41,292 bases of DNA from a virus (taxonomy: Duplodnaviria; Heunggongvirae; Uroviricota; Caudoviricetes). This document shows positions 8,451 to 17,242 of this stretch, one piece after another. The notes beneath the pieces are model-generated. The model searched no databases and was not told the DNA's origin. It saw nothing but the letters and a program-made list of their open reading frames with translations. The translations under genes and the position numbers were made by a program. The stretch is taken from the IMG/VR virus record IMGVR_UViG_2718217795_000002, positions 1-41,292 of that record; one strand, 5' to 3'. Each line of letters begins with the position of its first letter. Position 1 is the first letter of the stretch.

Positions 8451-8481
8451 GCCCTTCTTCAGGGCTTAATTTTTAAGAGCC
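8451..8481 (-). promoter_or_regulatory. nutL site: boxB (8451-8465, reads GCCCTGAAGAAGGGC on minus strand) and boxA-like GCTCTTAAA (8472-8480)
   Basis: Reverse complement matches recalled lambda nutL almost base for base; located between pL region and N. Confidence 0.8.
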
Positions 8482-8522
8482 TCACCTTCATGGTGGTCAG
8501 TGCGTCCTGCTGATGGCTAAAT

Positions 8523-8562
8523 AGTACGATTTGTACTTTATCGAGTCAATACAAAATGTTCT
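8523..8562. promoter_or_regulatory. Putative OL operators / pL region: perfect dyad agtac-N5-gtact (8523-8537) and a degenerate copy (8548-8562)
   Basis: Palindromes read by eye; related half-sites recur in the cI-cro intergenic region. Confidence 0.35.
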
Positions 8563-8612
8563 AAATATAGTTGGTTTTTTATAACGCTTTGTATTTAATG
8601 GGTTTATATTTT

Positions 8613-8642
8613 GGAAAAAGAAAACCCGACACTAAGGTCGGG
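8613..8642 (-). terminator. Putative rho-independent terminator downstream of cI (stem cccgac/gtcggg, T-rich tail on minus strand)
   Basis: 6-bp stem with 6-nt loop; A-rich run 8613-8624 on plus strand equals T-rich tail for the minus-strand transcript. Confidence 0.45.
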
Positions 8643-8674
8643 TTATTGTTGTGTGCTTTAGAGTGGTGAGGTTG

Positions 8675-9328
8675 TTAACTAAATGTCTCTTCAGGCCACT
8701 GGCTGGCGATAACTTTCCCTACAACGGAACAGCTATCATTGCATGGGATCATTGGATATTGCGGGTTTAGTGGTTGTAGGAACACCTGACCGCTATCCCT
8801 GATCAGTTTCTTGAAGGTAAACTCGTCACCACCAAGTCTGGCTATGCAGAAATCACCTGGCTCAACAGCCTGCTCAGGGTCAACGAGAATTAACATCCCG
8901 TCAGGAAAGCTTGGCTTGGATCCTGTTGGTGCGGTCATGGAATTACCTTCAACTTCAAGCCAGAACGCACAATCACTGGCTTTTTTGGTTGTGCTGACCC
9001 ATCTCTCCGCATCACCTTTGGTAAAGGTTCTAAGCTCAGGCGAGAACATCCCGGCCTGAACATGAGAAAAAACAGGGTACTCATATTGTTTTTTAACGGG
9101 GGCAGATGAGTATTCGCCAACAGGTGAAAATGTACCGTCGTGGTTGAATGAGACGTTATCAATACCAAGGTATTTAAACACCACACCAATCTCGTCAAGA
9201 GATGGATGACGAGATCCGCGCAACCAGTGACCAATTCCACCCTGCGTCATACCAAGCTCTTCAGCTAACTTCTCTTGAGTTATGCCGAGCTCTTTCATTC
9301 TGGATCTAGCCAGTTCATACCATTTCAT
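8675..9328 (-). CDS. cI: CI-type repressor, chimeric: non-lambda HTH N-terminal domain fused to a lambda-CI-like C-terminal S24 autocleavage/dimerisation domain
   Basis: C-terminal region from [14 protein letters not shown] to ...[12 protein letters not shown] is near-identical to recalled lambda CI; N-terminal HTH differs; start chosen at ATG 9328 (9 nt after the purine-rich AAGGG, which abuts the ATG at 9334). Confidence 0.9.
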   Translation of the reverse strand: MKWYELARSRMKELGITQEKLAEELGMTQGGIGHWLRGSRHPSLDEIGVVFKYLGIDNVSFNHDGTFSPVGEYSSAPVKKQYEYPVFSHVQAGMFSPELRTFTKGDAERWVSTTKKASDCAFWLEVEGNSMTAPTGSKPSFPDGMLILVDPEQAVEPGDFCIARLGGDEFTFKKLIRDSGQVFLQPLNPQYPMIPCNDSCSVVGKVIASQWPEETFS

Positions 9329-9445
9329 TTTCATACCCTTATTATTACGCTCTGTACTAAAACCATCCATGCACAAGATGTATTTTTTGTTTGCATTCTA
9401 AAAGTACATATCGTATTATTGTTTCATGGTTACTATGGAGGGCAT
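9329..9445. promoter_or_regulatory. Divergent cI-cro control region (OR operators, pRM and pR)
   Basis: 117-bp intergenic region between divergent cI and cro with dyad-like elements (9344-9358, 9369-9396, 9403-9417). Confidence 0.5.
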
Positions 9446-9661
9446 ATGAGCAACCTACGAAAATATCGAGAGTCACTGAATATCTCTCAAACAACACTTG
9501 CTAAGGCAGTTGGATGCACACAGGGAGCTATCGGACATTGGGAATCTGGTCGTCGCTTCCCAGACCTTAAAACATGCCGTGCTCTTGTTGAGTGCCTAAA
9601 CAAGTTAGGCGCAAAAGTCAGTCTTGATGACGTGTTCCCGCCGGAACACAAAGCCGCTTAA
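9446..9661 (+). CDS. cro: Cro-like HTH repressor, 71 aa
   Basis: ATG with GGAGG SD; short HTH protein divergent from cI; track ORF 9275-9661 trimmed. Confidence 0.8.
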   Translation: MSNLRKYRESLNISQTTLAKAVGCTQGAIGHWESGRRFPDLKTCRALVECLNKLGAKVSLDDVFPPEHKAA

Positions 9662-9670
9662 GACATTCTA

Positions 9671-9701
9671 GCTCTTACACATCACAGCCCTGAAAAAGGG
9701 C
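9671..9701 (+). promoter_or_regulatory. nutR site: boxA GCTCTTACA (9671-9679) and boxB GCCCTGAAAAAGGGC (9687-9701)
   Basis: Matches recalled lambda nutR; located between cro and cII. Confidence 0.8.
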
Positions 9702-9777
9702 ATTACCAGAAACAAATCTCTATGGTTTTGCGTTTCTTTGCGAAGCCAACTCTATCTAATTATTAAGGAAATTATCT

Positions 9778-10059
9778 ATGGGTACTATTGCAACTAAAAG
9801 CAAGAAAGCGGCTCGCATCGAGTCAGCCTTGCTGAACAAACTGGCACTGATGGGGCAGAAGACATTCGCTCGAGCGATGGGGGTTCCTGAATATCAGGTA
9901 AGCCGATGGAAGAATGGTTTCTTCTCGCAGGTAAGCATGATGCTGGCTGTTCTGGAATACGGAATCGAAGACGATGAAATGGCTGAATTGACTAAGCGGC
10001 TTGCCGATTACCTGACAAAAGAAAAAGCCCCGAAGAACGGCGAATTCTTCGAGGCCTGA
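9778..10059 (+). CDS. cII: CII transcriptional activator, 93 aa
   Basis: RIESALLNKLA...SRWK...MLAVLEYG motif strongly resembles lambda CII. Confidence 0.85.
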   Translation: MGTIATKSKKAARIESALLNKLALMGQKTFARAMGVPEYQVSRWKNGFFSQVSMMLAVLEYGIEDDEMAELTKRLADYLTKEKAPKNGEFFEA

Positions 10060-10094
10060 TTGTAGAAAGACTGGATCAATCCACAGGAGTAATT

Positions 10095-10259
10095 ATGACA
10101 AAACGTCGTAAGAAATACCAGGAAAAAGAAGAGATTCGACACCCTGATTCACCTGAGGGATTAGTGGTAGCCGCAGCAAATAACAGGGCGTTCGCAGAGC
10201 GCCTTGTTGGTGTTTACAGACTAGCCAAAGCAGGAGTGAAACATGGGCGTCGTTAAGTT
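10095..10259 (+). CDS. Small basic hypothetical protein, 54 aa (below ORF-track cutoff)
   Basis: ATG at 10095 with AGGAG SD at 5-nt spacing; overlaps the O start by 17 nt. Confidence 0.3.
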
Positions 10260-11064
10260 AGCTGATTACAGGCCTCAACTGGAGGTCGTGGAGCATCGCG
10301 TGGCAGATACCGAAGATGGTTTCATGCGCGTTGCTAACGAGATTACCGACAGTCTGCTGATGGCTGATTTAACCGTCCGGCAGCTGAAGGTGATGCTCGC
10401 TATCATGCGCAAGACATACGGATTCAATAAGCCGATGGATCGACTCACAAACACGCAGATAGCAGCCATGACAGGTATTCATCACACTCATGTTTGCGCT
10501 GCCAAGCGCCAGCTTATTGAGCGTAAATTCCTCATTGCTGATGGCGTGAAAATCGGAGTGAACAAGGTGGTTTCTCAGTGGATTAGCCAGGACAGCTTAA
10601 CATTAGCTAAAACAGCTAATAAAACATTAGCCAAGTCGGCTAATGGGTATAAGCCAAGTCAGCTAAACACAAAAGACAATATACAAAAGACAATAAATAC
10701 AAATACCCCCTTACCCCCTAACGGGGGCGGCGATGGGCAGGTTAAACCTGAACGTCGCAAGGCAGAACGAATCGACTACGAATCCTTCCTGAACGCTTAC
10801 AACACCGAAGTCGGTGACAGACTGCCACACGCTGTTGCGGTCAACGAGAAACGCAAACGCCGCCTGAAGAAAATCATCCCGCAACTGAAAACGCCAAACG
10901 TGGACGGTTTCAGAGCGTATGTCAGGGCGTTTGTGCATCAGGCCAAGCCGTTTTACTTCGGAGACAACGACACGGGCTGGACGGCTGATTTTGATTACCT
11001 GCTGAGAGAAGACTCGTTAACGGGAGTTCGGGAAGGGAAGTTTGCAGACAGGGGGATTGCATGA
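10243..11064 (+). CDS. O: Replication initiation protein O, 273 aa
   Basis: N-terminal [28 protein letters not shown] resembles lambda O; ori iterons inside the gene. Confidence 0.85.
   Translation: MGVVKLADYRPQLEVVEHRVADTEDGFMRVANEITDSLLMADLTVRQLKVMLAIMRKTYGFNKPMDRLTNTQIAAMTGIHHTHVCAAKRQLIERKFLIADGVKIGVNKVVSQWISQDSLTLAKTANKTLAKSANGYKPSQLNTKDNIQKTINTNTPLPPNGGGDGQVKPERRKAERIDYESFLNAYNTEVGDRLPHAVAVNEKRKRRLKKIIPQLKTPNVDGFRAYVRAFVHQAKPFYFGDNDTGWTADFDYLLREDSLTGVREGKFADRGIA
10583..10705. repeat. Origin of replication: four ~17-bp dyad iterons (10583, 10604, 10627, 10650) followed by an AT-rich stretch
   Basis: Repeats ttagccaggacagcttaa / ttagctaaaacagctaa / ttagccaagtcggctaa / taagccaagtcagctaa spaced 21-23 bp, then AT-rich 10667-10705, inside O as in lambda ori. 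Confidence 0.6.
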
Positions 11065-12437
11065 GACAGGATATCGAAGCGAGCGTTATCGGTGGCCTGC
11101 TGATTGGTGGATTAACACCAACCGCCAGTGACGTTCTGGCAACGCTGGAGCCGGAAGCGTTTTCAATTCCGCTCTACCGGAAAGCCTTCGAGGTTATCCG
11201 CAAGCAGGCGCGAAACAGAAACCTAATCGACGCACTGATGGTTGCCGAGGCGTGCGGAGAGGAGCATTTCACGTCAATCCTGATGACCAGCAAAAACTGC
11301 CCGAGTGCCGCAAACCTGAAGGGATATGCCGGAATGGTCGCGGATAACTATCACCGCCGTCTGGTGCTGGAAATCATGGATGAAATGCGTGAACCAATTC
11401 AGAGCGGAACCATCGACGCATCGAGTCAGGCGATGGATGAACTTGTAAAACGTCTCTCAGCTATCAGAAAGCCCCGTGACGAGGTTAAACCTGTACGGTT
11501 AGGGGAAATCATCACTGACTACACTGACACGCTTGACAGGCGTCTGAGGAACGGAGAAGAGTCAGATACCCTGAAGACCGGAATCGAAGAACTTGACGCT
11601 ATCACCGGAGGGATGAACGCAGAAGACCTGGTGATTATCGCCGCTCGTCCTGGTATGGGGAAAACCGAACTGGCGCTGAAGATTGCCGAAGGCGTTGCAA
11701 GCCGCGCTATTCCTGGTTCTGACGTCCGGCGCGGAGTGTTGATTTTCTCGATGGAAATGAGCGCATTGCAGATTGCAGAGCGAAGCATTGCCAACGCCGG
11801 GAGGATGTCGGTTAGCGTGCTGCGAAATCCTGCATCGATGGATGACGAAGGCTGGGCGCGTGTTGCTAACGGCATGAGTCAGCTTGCAGATTTGGATGTA
11901 TGGGTAGTCGATGCCTCGCGGTTATCGGTCGAAGAAATACGCTCAATCGCAGAACGGCACAAGCAGGAAAATCCAAACCTGTCACTCATCATGGCGGATT
12001 ATCTTGGCCTGATTGAGAAGCCGAAAGCAGACCGCAACGACCTCGCAATTGCTCACATCTCCGGAAGCCTGAAGGCGATGGCGAAAGACCTGAAAACGCC
12101 TGTTATCTCCCTGAGTCAGCTTTCGCGCGATGTTGAGAAGCGACCAAACAAACGCCCGACAAACGCAGATTTGCGTGATTCAGGAAGCATTGAACAGGAC
12201 GCAGACTCAATCATCATGCTCTATCGGGAAGCGGTATATGACGAGAACAGTAGCGCCGCACCATTTGCTGAAATCATTGTGACAAAAAACCGTTTTGGCT
12301 CGCTTGGTACGGTTTACCAGCGGTTCTGCAACGGACACTTTGTTGCATGTGACCAGGATGAAGCCAGACAGATTTGCACAGCATCAAATGCGCCCGCTGC
12401 GCGTGGCAGACGATATGCACAAGGGGCTGACGTATGA
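11061..12437 (+). CDS. Replicative DNA helicase, DnaB family (phage-encoded), 458 aa
   Basis: Walker A motif ARPGMGKT and DnaB-like architecture; ATGA overlap with O. Confidence 0.9.
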   Translation: MRQDIEASVIGGLLIGGLTPTASDVLATLEPEAFSIPLYRKAFEVIRKQARNRNLIDALMVAEACGEEHFTSILMTSKNCPSAANLKGYAGMVADNYHRRLVLEIMDEMREPIQSGTIDASSQAMDELVKRLSAIRKPRDEVKPVRLGEIITDYTDTLDRRLRNGEESDTLKTGIEELDAITGGMNAEDLVIIAARPGMGKTELALKIAEGVASRAIPGSDVRRGVLIFSMEMSALQIAERSIANAGRMSVSVLRNPASMDDEGWARVANGMSQLADLDVWVVDASRLSVEEIRSIAERHKQENPNLSLIMADYLGLIEKPKADRNDLAIAHISGSLKAMAKDLKTPVISLSQLSRDVEKRPNKRPTNADLRDSGSIEQDADSIIMLYREAVYDENSSAAPFAEIIVTKNRFGSLGTVYQRFCNGHFVACDQDEARQICTASNAPAARGRRYAQGADV

Positions 12438-12462
12438 CCATCTACATCACTGAGCTAATAAC

Positions 12463-12491
12463 AGGCCTGCTGGTAATCGCAGGCCTTTTTA
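12463..12491 (+). terminator. Rho-independent terminator (tR2-like): 8-bp stem aggcctgc/gcaggcct plus T-run
   Basis: Perfect stem with 8-nt loop followed by TTTTT, between helicase gene and ninB. Confidence 0.6.
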
Positions 12492-12510
12492 TTTGGGGGA
12501 GAGGGAAGTC

Positions 12511-12951
12511 ATGAAAAAACTAACCTTTGAAATTCGATCTCCAGCACATCAGCAAAACGCTATCCACGCAGTACAGCAAATCCTTCCAGACCCAACCAAA
12601 CCAATCGTAGTAACCATTCAGGAACGCAACCGCAGCTTAGACCAGAATCGAAAGCTTTGGGCTTGCCTTGGTGACGTCTCTCGTCAGGTTGAATGGCATG
12701 GTCGCTGGCTGGATGCAGAAAGCTGGAAGTGTGTGTTTACCGCAGCATTAAAGCAGCAGGACGTTGTTCCTAACCTTGCCGGGAATGGCTTTGTGGTAAT
12801 AGGCCAGTCAACCAGCAGGATGCGTGTAAGCGAATTTGCGGAGCTATTAGAGCTTATACAGGCATTTGGTACAGAACATGGCGTTAAGTGGTCAGACGAA
12901 GCGCGACTGGCTCTGGAATGGAAAGCGAGATGGGGAGACAGGGCTGCATGA
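12511..12951 (+). CDS. ninB: NinB recombination protein, 146 aa
   Basis: Near-identical to recalled lambda NinB from [21 protein letters not shown]; track start (TTG 12493) trimmed to ATG 12511. Confidence 0.9.
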   Translation: MKKLTFEIRSPAHQQNAIHAVQQILPDPTKPIVVTIQERNRSLDQNRKLWACLGDVSRQVEWHGRWLDAESWKCVFTAALKQQDVVPNLAGNGFVVIGQSTSRMRVSEFAELLELIQAFGTEHGVKWSDEARLALEWKARWGDRAA

Positions 12952-13130
12952 GGCGACAGCGACGAAGTATCACCGACATAATCTGCGAAAACTGCAAATA
13001 CCTTCCAACGAAACGCTCCAGAAATAAACGCAAGCCAATCCCAAAAGAATCTGACGTAAAAACCTTCAACTACACGGCTCACCTGTGGGATATCCGGTGG
13101 CTTAGAGAACGTGCGAGGAAAACAAGGTGA
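12948..13130 (+). CDS. ninE: NinE, 60 aa
   Basis: [20 protein letters not shown]... matches recalled lambda NinE; ATGA overlap with ninB stop. Confidence 0.8.
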   Translation: MRRQRRSITDIICENCKYLPTKRSRNKRKPIPKESDVKTFNYTAHLWDIRWLRERARKTR

Positions 13131-13297
13131 TTGACCAAAATCGAAGTTACGAACAAGAAAGCGTCGAGCGGGCTTTAACGTGCGCTAACTGCGGTAAGAA
13201 GCTGCATGTGCTGGAAGTTCACGTGTGTGAGCACTGCTGCGCAGAACTGATGAGCGATCCGAATAGCTCAATGTACGAGGAAGAAGACGATGAGTGA
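13127..13297 (+). CDS. ninF: NinF, 56 aa, GTG start (below ORF-track cutoff)
   Basis: GTG overlapping ninE stop (GTGA); translation (M)[22 protein letters not shown]... matches recalled lambda NinF. Confidence 0.7.
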   Translation: MIDQNRSYEQESVERALTCANCGKKLHVLEVHVCEHCCAELMSDPNSSMYEEEDDE

Positions 13298-14012
13298 GTT
13301 AATGAATGGCAATGCCATCAAAATGACAAGCATTGAAATCGCTGAGTTGGTGGGTAAGCGTCATGACAATGTGAAACGTACCATCGAAACGCTGGCTAAA
13401 AATGGTGTTATCCGGCTTCCTCAAATTGAGGTTTCCGAAAGAATCAATAACTTAGGGTTCAATGTTCAGTACGAGCATTACGTCTTCGAGGGCGAACAAG
13501 GTAAGCGAGACAGTATTGTCGTTGTTGCCCAGTTGTCGCCAGAGTTCACCGCTCGCCTTGTTGACCGCTGGCGAGAGCTTGAAGAAGCTGCGGTTAATAT
13601 CCCCAAAACGCTACCAGAAGCGTTGCGCCTTGCTGCTGATCTTGCTGAGCAGAAAATGCAACTGGAAAACCAGCTCGCAATTGCCGCACCTAAAGTTGAG
13701 TTTGCCGATCGCGTTGGCGAGGCCAGCGGAATTTTGATTGGAAACTTTGCAAAGGTTGTCGGTATTGGTCAAAACAAACTGTTTGCATGGATGCGCGATC
13801 ACAAAATCCTTATTGCTTCAGGTTCCCGGCGAAATGTGCCAATGCAGGAATATATGGATCGCGGCTATTTCACAGTGAAAGAAACAGCGGTCAACACAAA
13901 TCACGGAATACAGATATCGTTCACCACAAAAATCACCGGGCGTGGTCAACAGTGGCTGACCAGAAAGCTGCTCGATAACGGAATGCTGAAAGTAACAGGG
14001 GAGGCTGCTTAA
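13290..14012 (+). CDS. Rha-family phage regulatory protein / antirepressor, 240 aa
   Basis: N-terminal Rha-like motif (IEIAELVGKRHDNVKRTIETL) and antirepressor-like C-terminal domain. Confidence 0.8.
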   Translation: MSELMNGNAIKMTSIEIAELVGKRHDNVKRTIETLAKNGVIRLPQIEVSERINNLGFNVQYEHYVFEGEQGKRDSIVVVAQLSPEFTARLVDRWRELEEAAVNIPKTLPEALRLAADLAEQKMQLENQLAIAAPKVEFADRVGEASGILIGNFAKVVGIGQNKLFAWMRDHKILIASGSRRNVPMQEYMDRGYFTVKETAVNTNHGIQISFTTKITGRGQQWLTRKLLDNGMLKVTGEAA

Positions 14013-14302
14013 TGGCTAACCTACGCAAAGAAGCGCGCGGCAGAGAATGCCAGGTACGTATTTACGGCGTATGCAATGGCAACCCTGAAACTACAGTTCT
14101 GGCACATTACCGGATGGCTGGAATTTGCGGAACGGGAATGAAGCCTGACGACCTGATCGGCGCATGGGCTTGTAGTGACTGCCACGCGGAGATCGACCGA
14201 CGCACCCATAATCTCGACAACAAAGACGCCAGACTTTACCACCTCGAAGGCGTAATCAGGACGCAGGCGATACTGCTGAAGGAGGGGAAGATTAAGTCAT
14301 GA
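14012..14302 (+). CDS. YbcO-like DUF1364 protein (putative Zn-binding nuclease), 96 aa
   Basis: CQVRIYGVCNGNPETTVLAHYR...CSDCHAEIDRRTH pattern recalled from E. coli YbcO. Confidence 0.75.
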   Translation: MANLRKEARGRECQVRIYGVCNGNPETTVLAHYRMAGICGTGMKPDDLIGAWACSDCHAEIDRRTHNLDNKDARLYHLEGVIRTQAILLKEGKIKS

Positions 14303-14661
14303 ACGAATATCAGTTTGTGCTTCCATACCCGCCGTCGGTGAACACCTACTGGCGAAGACGGGGAAGCCAATATTACATAAGCGATAAAGGCCAGAAATAC
14401 CGAAAAGACGTTCAGCAAATCATCCGCCAACTTAAGTTAGACATTTTCACCAAATCACGACTCCGCATCAAAGTAATCGCAGACGTTCCAGACTCCCGCC
14501 GCCGCGACCTCGACAACATCCTGAAAGGTTTACTCGACTCCCTTATCCACGCCGGATTTGCGGAAGACGACGAGCAATTCGATGACATTCGCGTAATTCG
14601 TGGCGTGAAAGTACCAGGCGGAAGGCTTGGAATAAAAATCACCGAACTGGAGAACGTATGA
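14299..14661 (+). CDS. rusA: RusA-family Holliday junction resolvase, 120 aa
   Basis: Conserved PDSRRRDLDN motif and overall RusA similarity. Confidence 0.9.
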   Translation: MNEYQFVLPYPPSVNTYWRRRGSQYYISDKGQKYRKDVQQIIRQLKLDIFTKSRLRIKVIADVPDSRRRDLDNILKGLLDSLIHAGFAEDDEQFDDIRVIRGVKVPGGRLGIKITELENV

Positions 14662-14846
14662 ACGCCACAATTCAAACGATACCAGAGCTTCTTATCCAGA
14701 CGCGAGGCAATCAGACCGAAGTGGCGAGGATGCTTTCCTGCGCAAGAGGAACAGTGCTCAAGTACAACCGAGACAGAAAAGGCGAGCGTCACGTAATAGT
14801 TAACGGCGTCCTGATGGTCAAACAGGGCAAGAGGGGAAGACGATGA
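14658..14846 (+). CDS. ninH: NinH, 62 aa
   Basis: TIPELLIQTRGNQTEVARML... resembles lambda NinH. Confidence 0.75.
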   Translation: MNATIQTIPELLIQTRGNQTEVARMLSCARGTVLKYNRDRKGERHVIVNGVLMVKQGKRGRR

Positions 14847-15466
14847 GACTCGAAAGCGTAGCTAAATTTCATTCGCCAAAAAGCCCGATGATGAGCGACT
14901 CACCACGGGCCACGGCTTCTGACTCTCTTTCCGGTACTGATGTGATGGCTGCTATGGGGATGGCGCAATCACAAGCCGGATTCGGAATGGCTGCATTCTG
15001 CGGTAAGCATGAACTCAGCCAGAACGACAAACAAAAGGCTATCAACTATCTGATGCAATTTGCACACAAGGTATCGGGGAAATACCGTGGTGTGGCAAAG
15101 CTCGAAGGAAATACTAAGGCAAAGGTACTGCAAGTGCTCGCAACATTCGCTTATGCGGATTATTGCCGTAGTGCCGCGACGCCGGGCGCAAGATGCAGAG
15201 ATTGCCACGGTACAGGCCGTGCGGTTGATATAGCAAAAACAGAGCAGTGGGGGAGAGTTGTTGAGAAAGAGTGCGGAAGATGCAAAGGTGTCGGCTATTC
15301 AAGGATGCCAGCAAGCGCCGCATATCGCGCTGTGACGATGCTAATCCCAAACCTTACTCAACCCACCTGGTCACGCACTGTTAAACCACTGTATGACGCT
15401 CTGGTGGTGCAATGCCACAAAGAAGAGTCAATCGCAGACAACATTTTGAATGCGGTCACACGTTAG
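14843..15466 (+). CDS. Q: Late antiterminator Q (lambda type), 207 aa
   Basis: Essentially identical to recalled lambda Q along its length. Confidence 0.95.
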   Translation: MRLESVAKFHSPKSPMMSDSPRATASDSLSGTDVMAAMGMAQSQAGFGMAAFCGKHELSQNDKQKAINYLMQFAHKVSGKYRGVAKLEGNTKAKVLQVLATFAYADYCRSAATPGARCRDCHGTGRAVDIAKTEQWGRVVEKECGRCKGVGYSRMPASAAYRAVTMLIPNLTQPTWSRTVKPLYDALVVQCHKEESIADNILNAVTR

Positions 15467-15508
15467 CGTCATGATTGCCACGGATGGCAACATATTAACG
15501 GCATAATA

Positions 15509-15544
15509 TTGACTTTTTGAATAAAGTTGGGTAAATTTGACTCA
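15509..15544 (+). promoter_or_regulatory. Late promoter pR' (-35 TTGACT 15509-15514, -10 TAAATT 15532-15537) with overlapping qut region
   Basis: Hexamers with 17-bp spacer; sequence matches recalled lambda pR'. Confidence 0.7.
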
Positions 15545-15572
15545 ACGATGGATAAATGCACTCGTTAAATAA

Positions 15573-15605
15573 AGCCCTGAGTTAATAGCTCGGGGCTTTT
15601 TGCGT
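15573..15605 (+). terminator. tR'-like rho-independent terminator (9-bp stem, T-run)
   Basis: Stem agccctgag/ctcggggct (one G-U) with 7-nt loop followed by TTTTT; about 30 nt downstream of predicted pR' start. Confidence 0.65.
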
Positions 15606-15899
15606 TTTAATCACGACCTTTCTGAAAGCACATCAAACCAAATACCAGACAGACAAAAATAATCACCTTATCCGCTGTGGCTACGGTGCGGTGTGCTTTG
15701 CATAAAAGAAAACCAGCGCAATGGCTGGCTTCGTGAAAGCGGGTGGCAAGAGGTTGCGCTAACAACCTCCTGCCGTTTTGCCCGTGCATATCGGTCACGA
15801 ACAAATCTGATTACTAAACACAGTAGCCTGGATTTGTTCTATCAGTAATCGACCTTATTCCTAATTAAATAGAGCAAATCCCCTTATTGGGGGTAAGAC

Positions 15900-16223
15900 A
15901 TGAAGATGCCAGAAAAACATGACCTGTTAGCCGCCATTCTCGCGGCAAAGGAACAAGGCATCGGGGCAATCCTTGCGTTTGCAATGGCGTACCTTCGCGG
16001 CAGATATAATGGCGGTGCGTTTACAAAAACAGTAATCGACGCAACGATGTGCGCCATTATCGCCTGGTTCATTCGTGACCTTCTCGACTTCGCCGGACTA
16101 AGTAGCAATCTCGCTTATATAACGAGCGTGTTTATCGGCTACATCGGTACTGACTCGATAGGTTCGCTTATCAAACGCTTCGCTGCTAAAAAAGCCGGAG
16201 TAGAAGATGGTGGAAATCAATAA
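15900..16223 (+). CDS. S: Holin S (lambda type, dual start Met1/Met3), 107 aa
   Basis: [34 protein letters not shown]... matches lambda S. Confidence 0.95.
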   Translation: MKMPEKHDLLAAILAAKEQGIGAILAFAMAYLRGRYNGGAFTKTVIDATMCAIIAWFIRDLLDFAGLSSNLAYITSVFIGYIGTDSIGSLIKRFAAKKAGVEDGGNQ

Positions 16224-16683
16224 TCAACGTAAGGCGTTCCTCGATATGCTGGCATGGTCAGAGGGAACTGATAACGGACGTCAGAAAACCAGAAATCATG
16301 GTTATGACGTCATTGTAGGAGGAGAGCTATTCACTGATTACTCCGATCACCCTCGCAAACTTGTCACGCTAAACCCCAAACTCAAATCAACAGCCGCCGG
16401 ACGCTACCAGCTTCTTTCCCGTTGGTGGGATGCCTACCGCAAGCAGCTTGGCCTGAAAGACTTCTCTCCCAAAAGCCAGGACGCTGTGGCACTGCAGCAG
16501 ATTAAGGAGCGTGGCGCTTTACCGATGATTGATCGCGGTGATATTCGTCAGGCTATTGATCGTTGCAGCAATATTTGGGCTTCATTGCCCGGTGCTGGCT
16601 ACGGTCAGTATGAACACAAGATCGATAGTCTGATTGCCAAATTCAAAGAAGCTGGCGGGGTGGTTAATGAAACTTCGCTATAA
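16207..16683 (+). CDS. R: Endolysin R (lambda-type lytic transglycosylase), 158 aa
   Basis: [35 protein letters not shown]... matches lambda R. Confidence 0.95.
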   Translation: MVEINNQRKAFLDMLAWSEGTDNGRQKTRNHGYDVIVGGELFTDYSDHPRKLVTLNPKLKSTAAGRYQLLSRWWDAYRKQLGLKDFSPKSQDAVALQQIKERGALPMIDRGDIRQAIDRCSNIWASLPGAGYGQYEHKIDSLIAKFKEAGGVVNETSL

Positions 16684-17059
16684 GCTGGTTATTTCTGCTT
16701 TCCTCCTGACTTTATTCGGTTCTCTCGTCTGGTCAGCTAACCACTACCACAGCAAATACCAGCGCGAAAAGAAACGTGCTGATGAGGCTGTACAAAATGC
16801 CGAATCGGCAACCGCTATTACCAATAACGTCCTGCAATCACTGCAAATCGTCAATACAGTTCTGGAGGCTAACCAGCATGCAAAACAGCAGATCGCACTG
16901 GAGTCACAGAGAACCCAGGCTGATATCAAAGTGGCTGTTGCGGATGATGATTGTGCTGTACGCCCTGTGCCTGCTGCCGCTGCTGACCGGTTGCGGAAGT
17001 ACGCGAACAGTTTACGTACCGATTCCGGCGGTACCGTTGCCAGCAAGCCTGACTACTGA
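16667..17059 (+). CDS. i-spanin (Rz-like), 130 aa
   Basis: Start at ATG 16667 overlapping R end; N-terminal TM helix then coiled-coil region; track ORF 16634-17059 trimmed. Confidence 0.7.
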   Translation: MKLRYKLVISAFLLTLFGSLVWSANHYHSKYQREKKRADEAVQNAESATAITNNVLQSLQIVNTVLEANQHAKQQIALESQRTQADIKVAVADDDCAVRPVPAAAADRLRKYANSLRTDSGGTVASKPDY

Positions 17060-17216
17060 AACTCCCCAGCCAGTCATTCCCGAGCCGCTGACCTATGGGG
17101 CCAGTCTGGATCTGAATGTGAGCCTGCTTTCGGCGTTGGGACAATGCAATATTGACAAAGCGGGGATTCGAAGTATCGAGATGCGCCGTAACGCTTTGCT
17201 GGCAGCAGTCAAATAG
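16944..17216 (+). CDS. o-spanin (Rz1-like lipoprotein), 90 aa, +1 frame, overlapping the 3' part of the Rz gene
   Basis: Signal peptide MMIVLYALCLLPLLTGC with lipobox LLTGC; Pro-rich mature region; starts inside Rz and runs past its stop. Confidence 0.5.
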   Translation: MMIVLYALCLLPLLTGCGSTRTVYVPIPAVPLPASLTTETPQPVIPEPLTYGASLDLNVSLLSALGQCNIDKAGIRSIEMRRNALLAAVK

Positions 17217-17242
17217 TCCGAACAAAGAACAGGAATATATTT

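Noticed and set aside
15607-15804. Minus-strand 65-aa ORF between tR' and S
   Set aside because: Lies in the late leader region, which matches lambda non-coding sequence; no SD; antisense to late transcription
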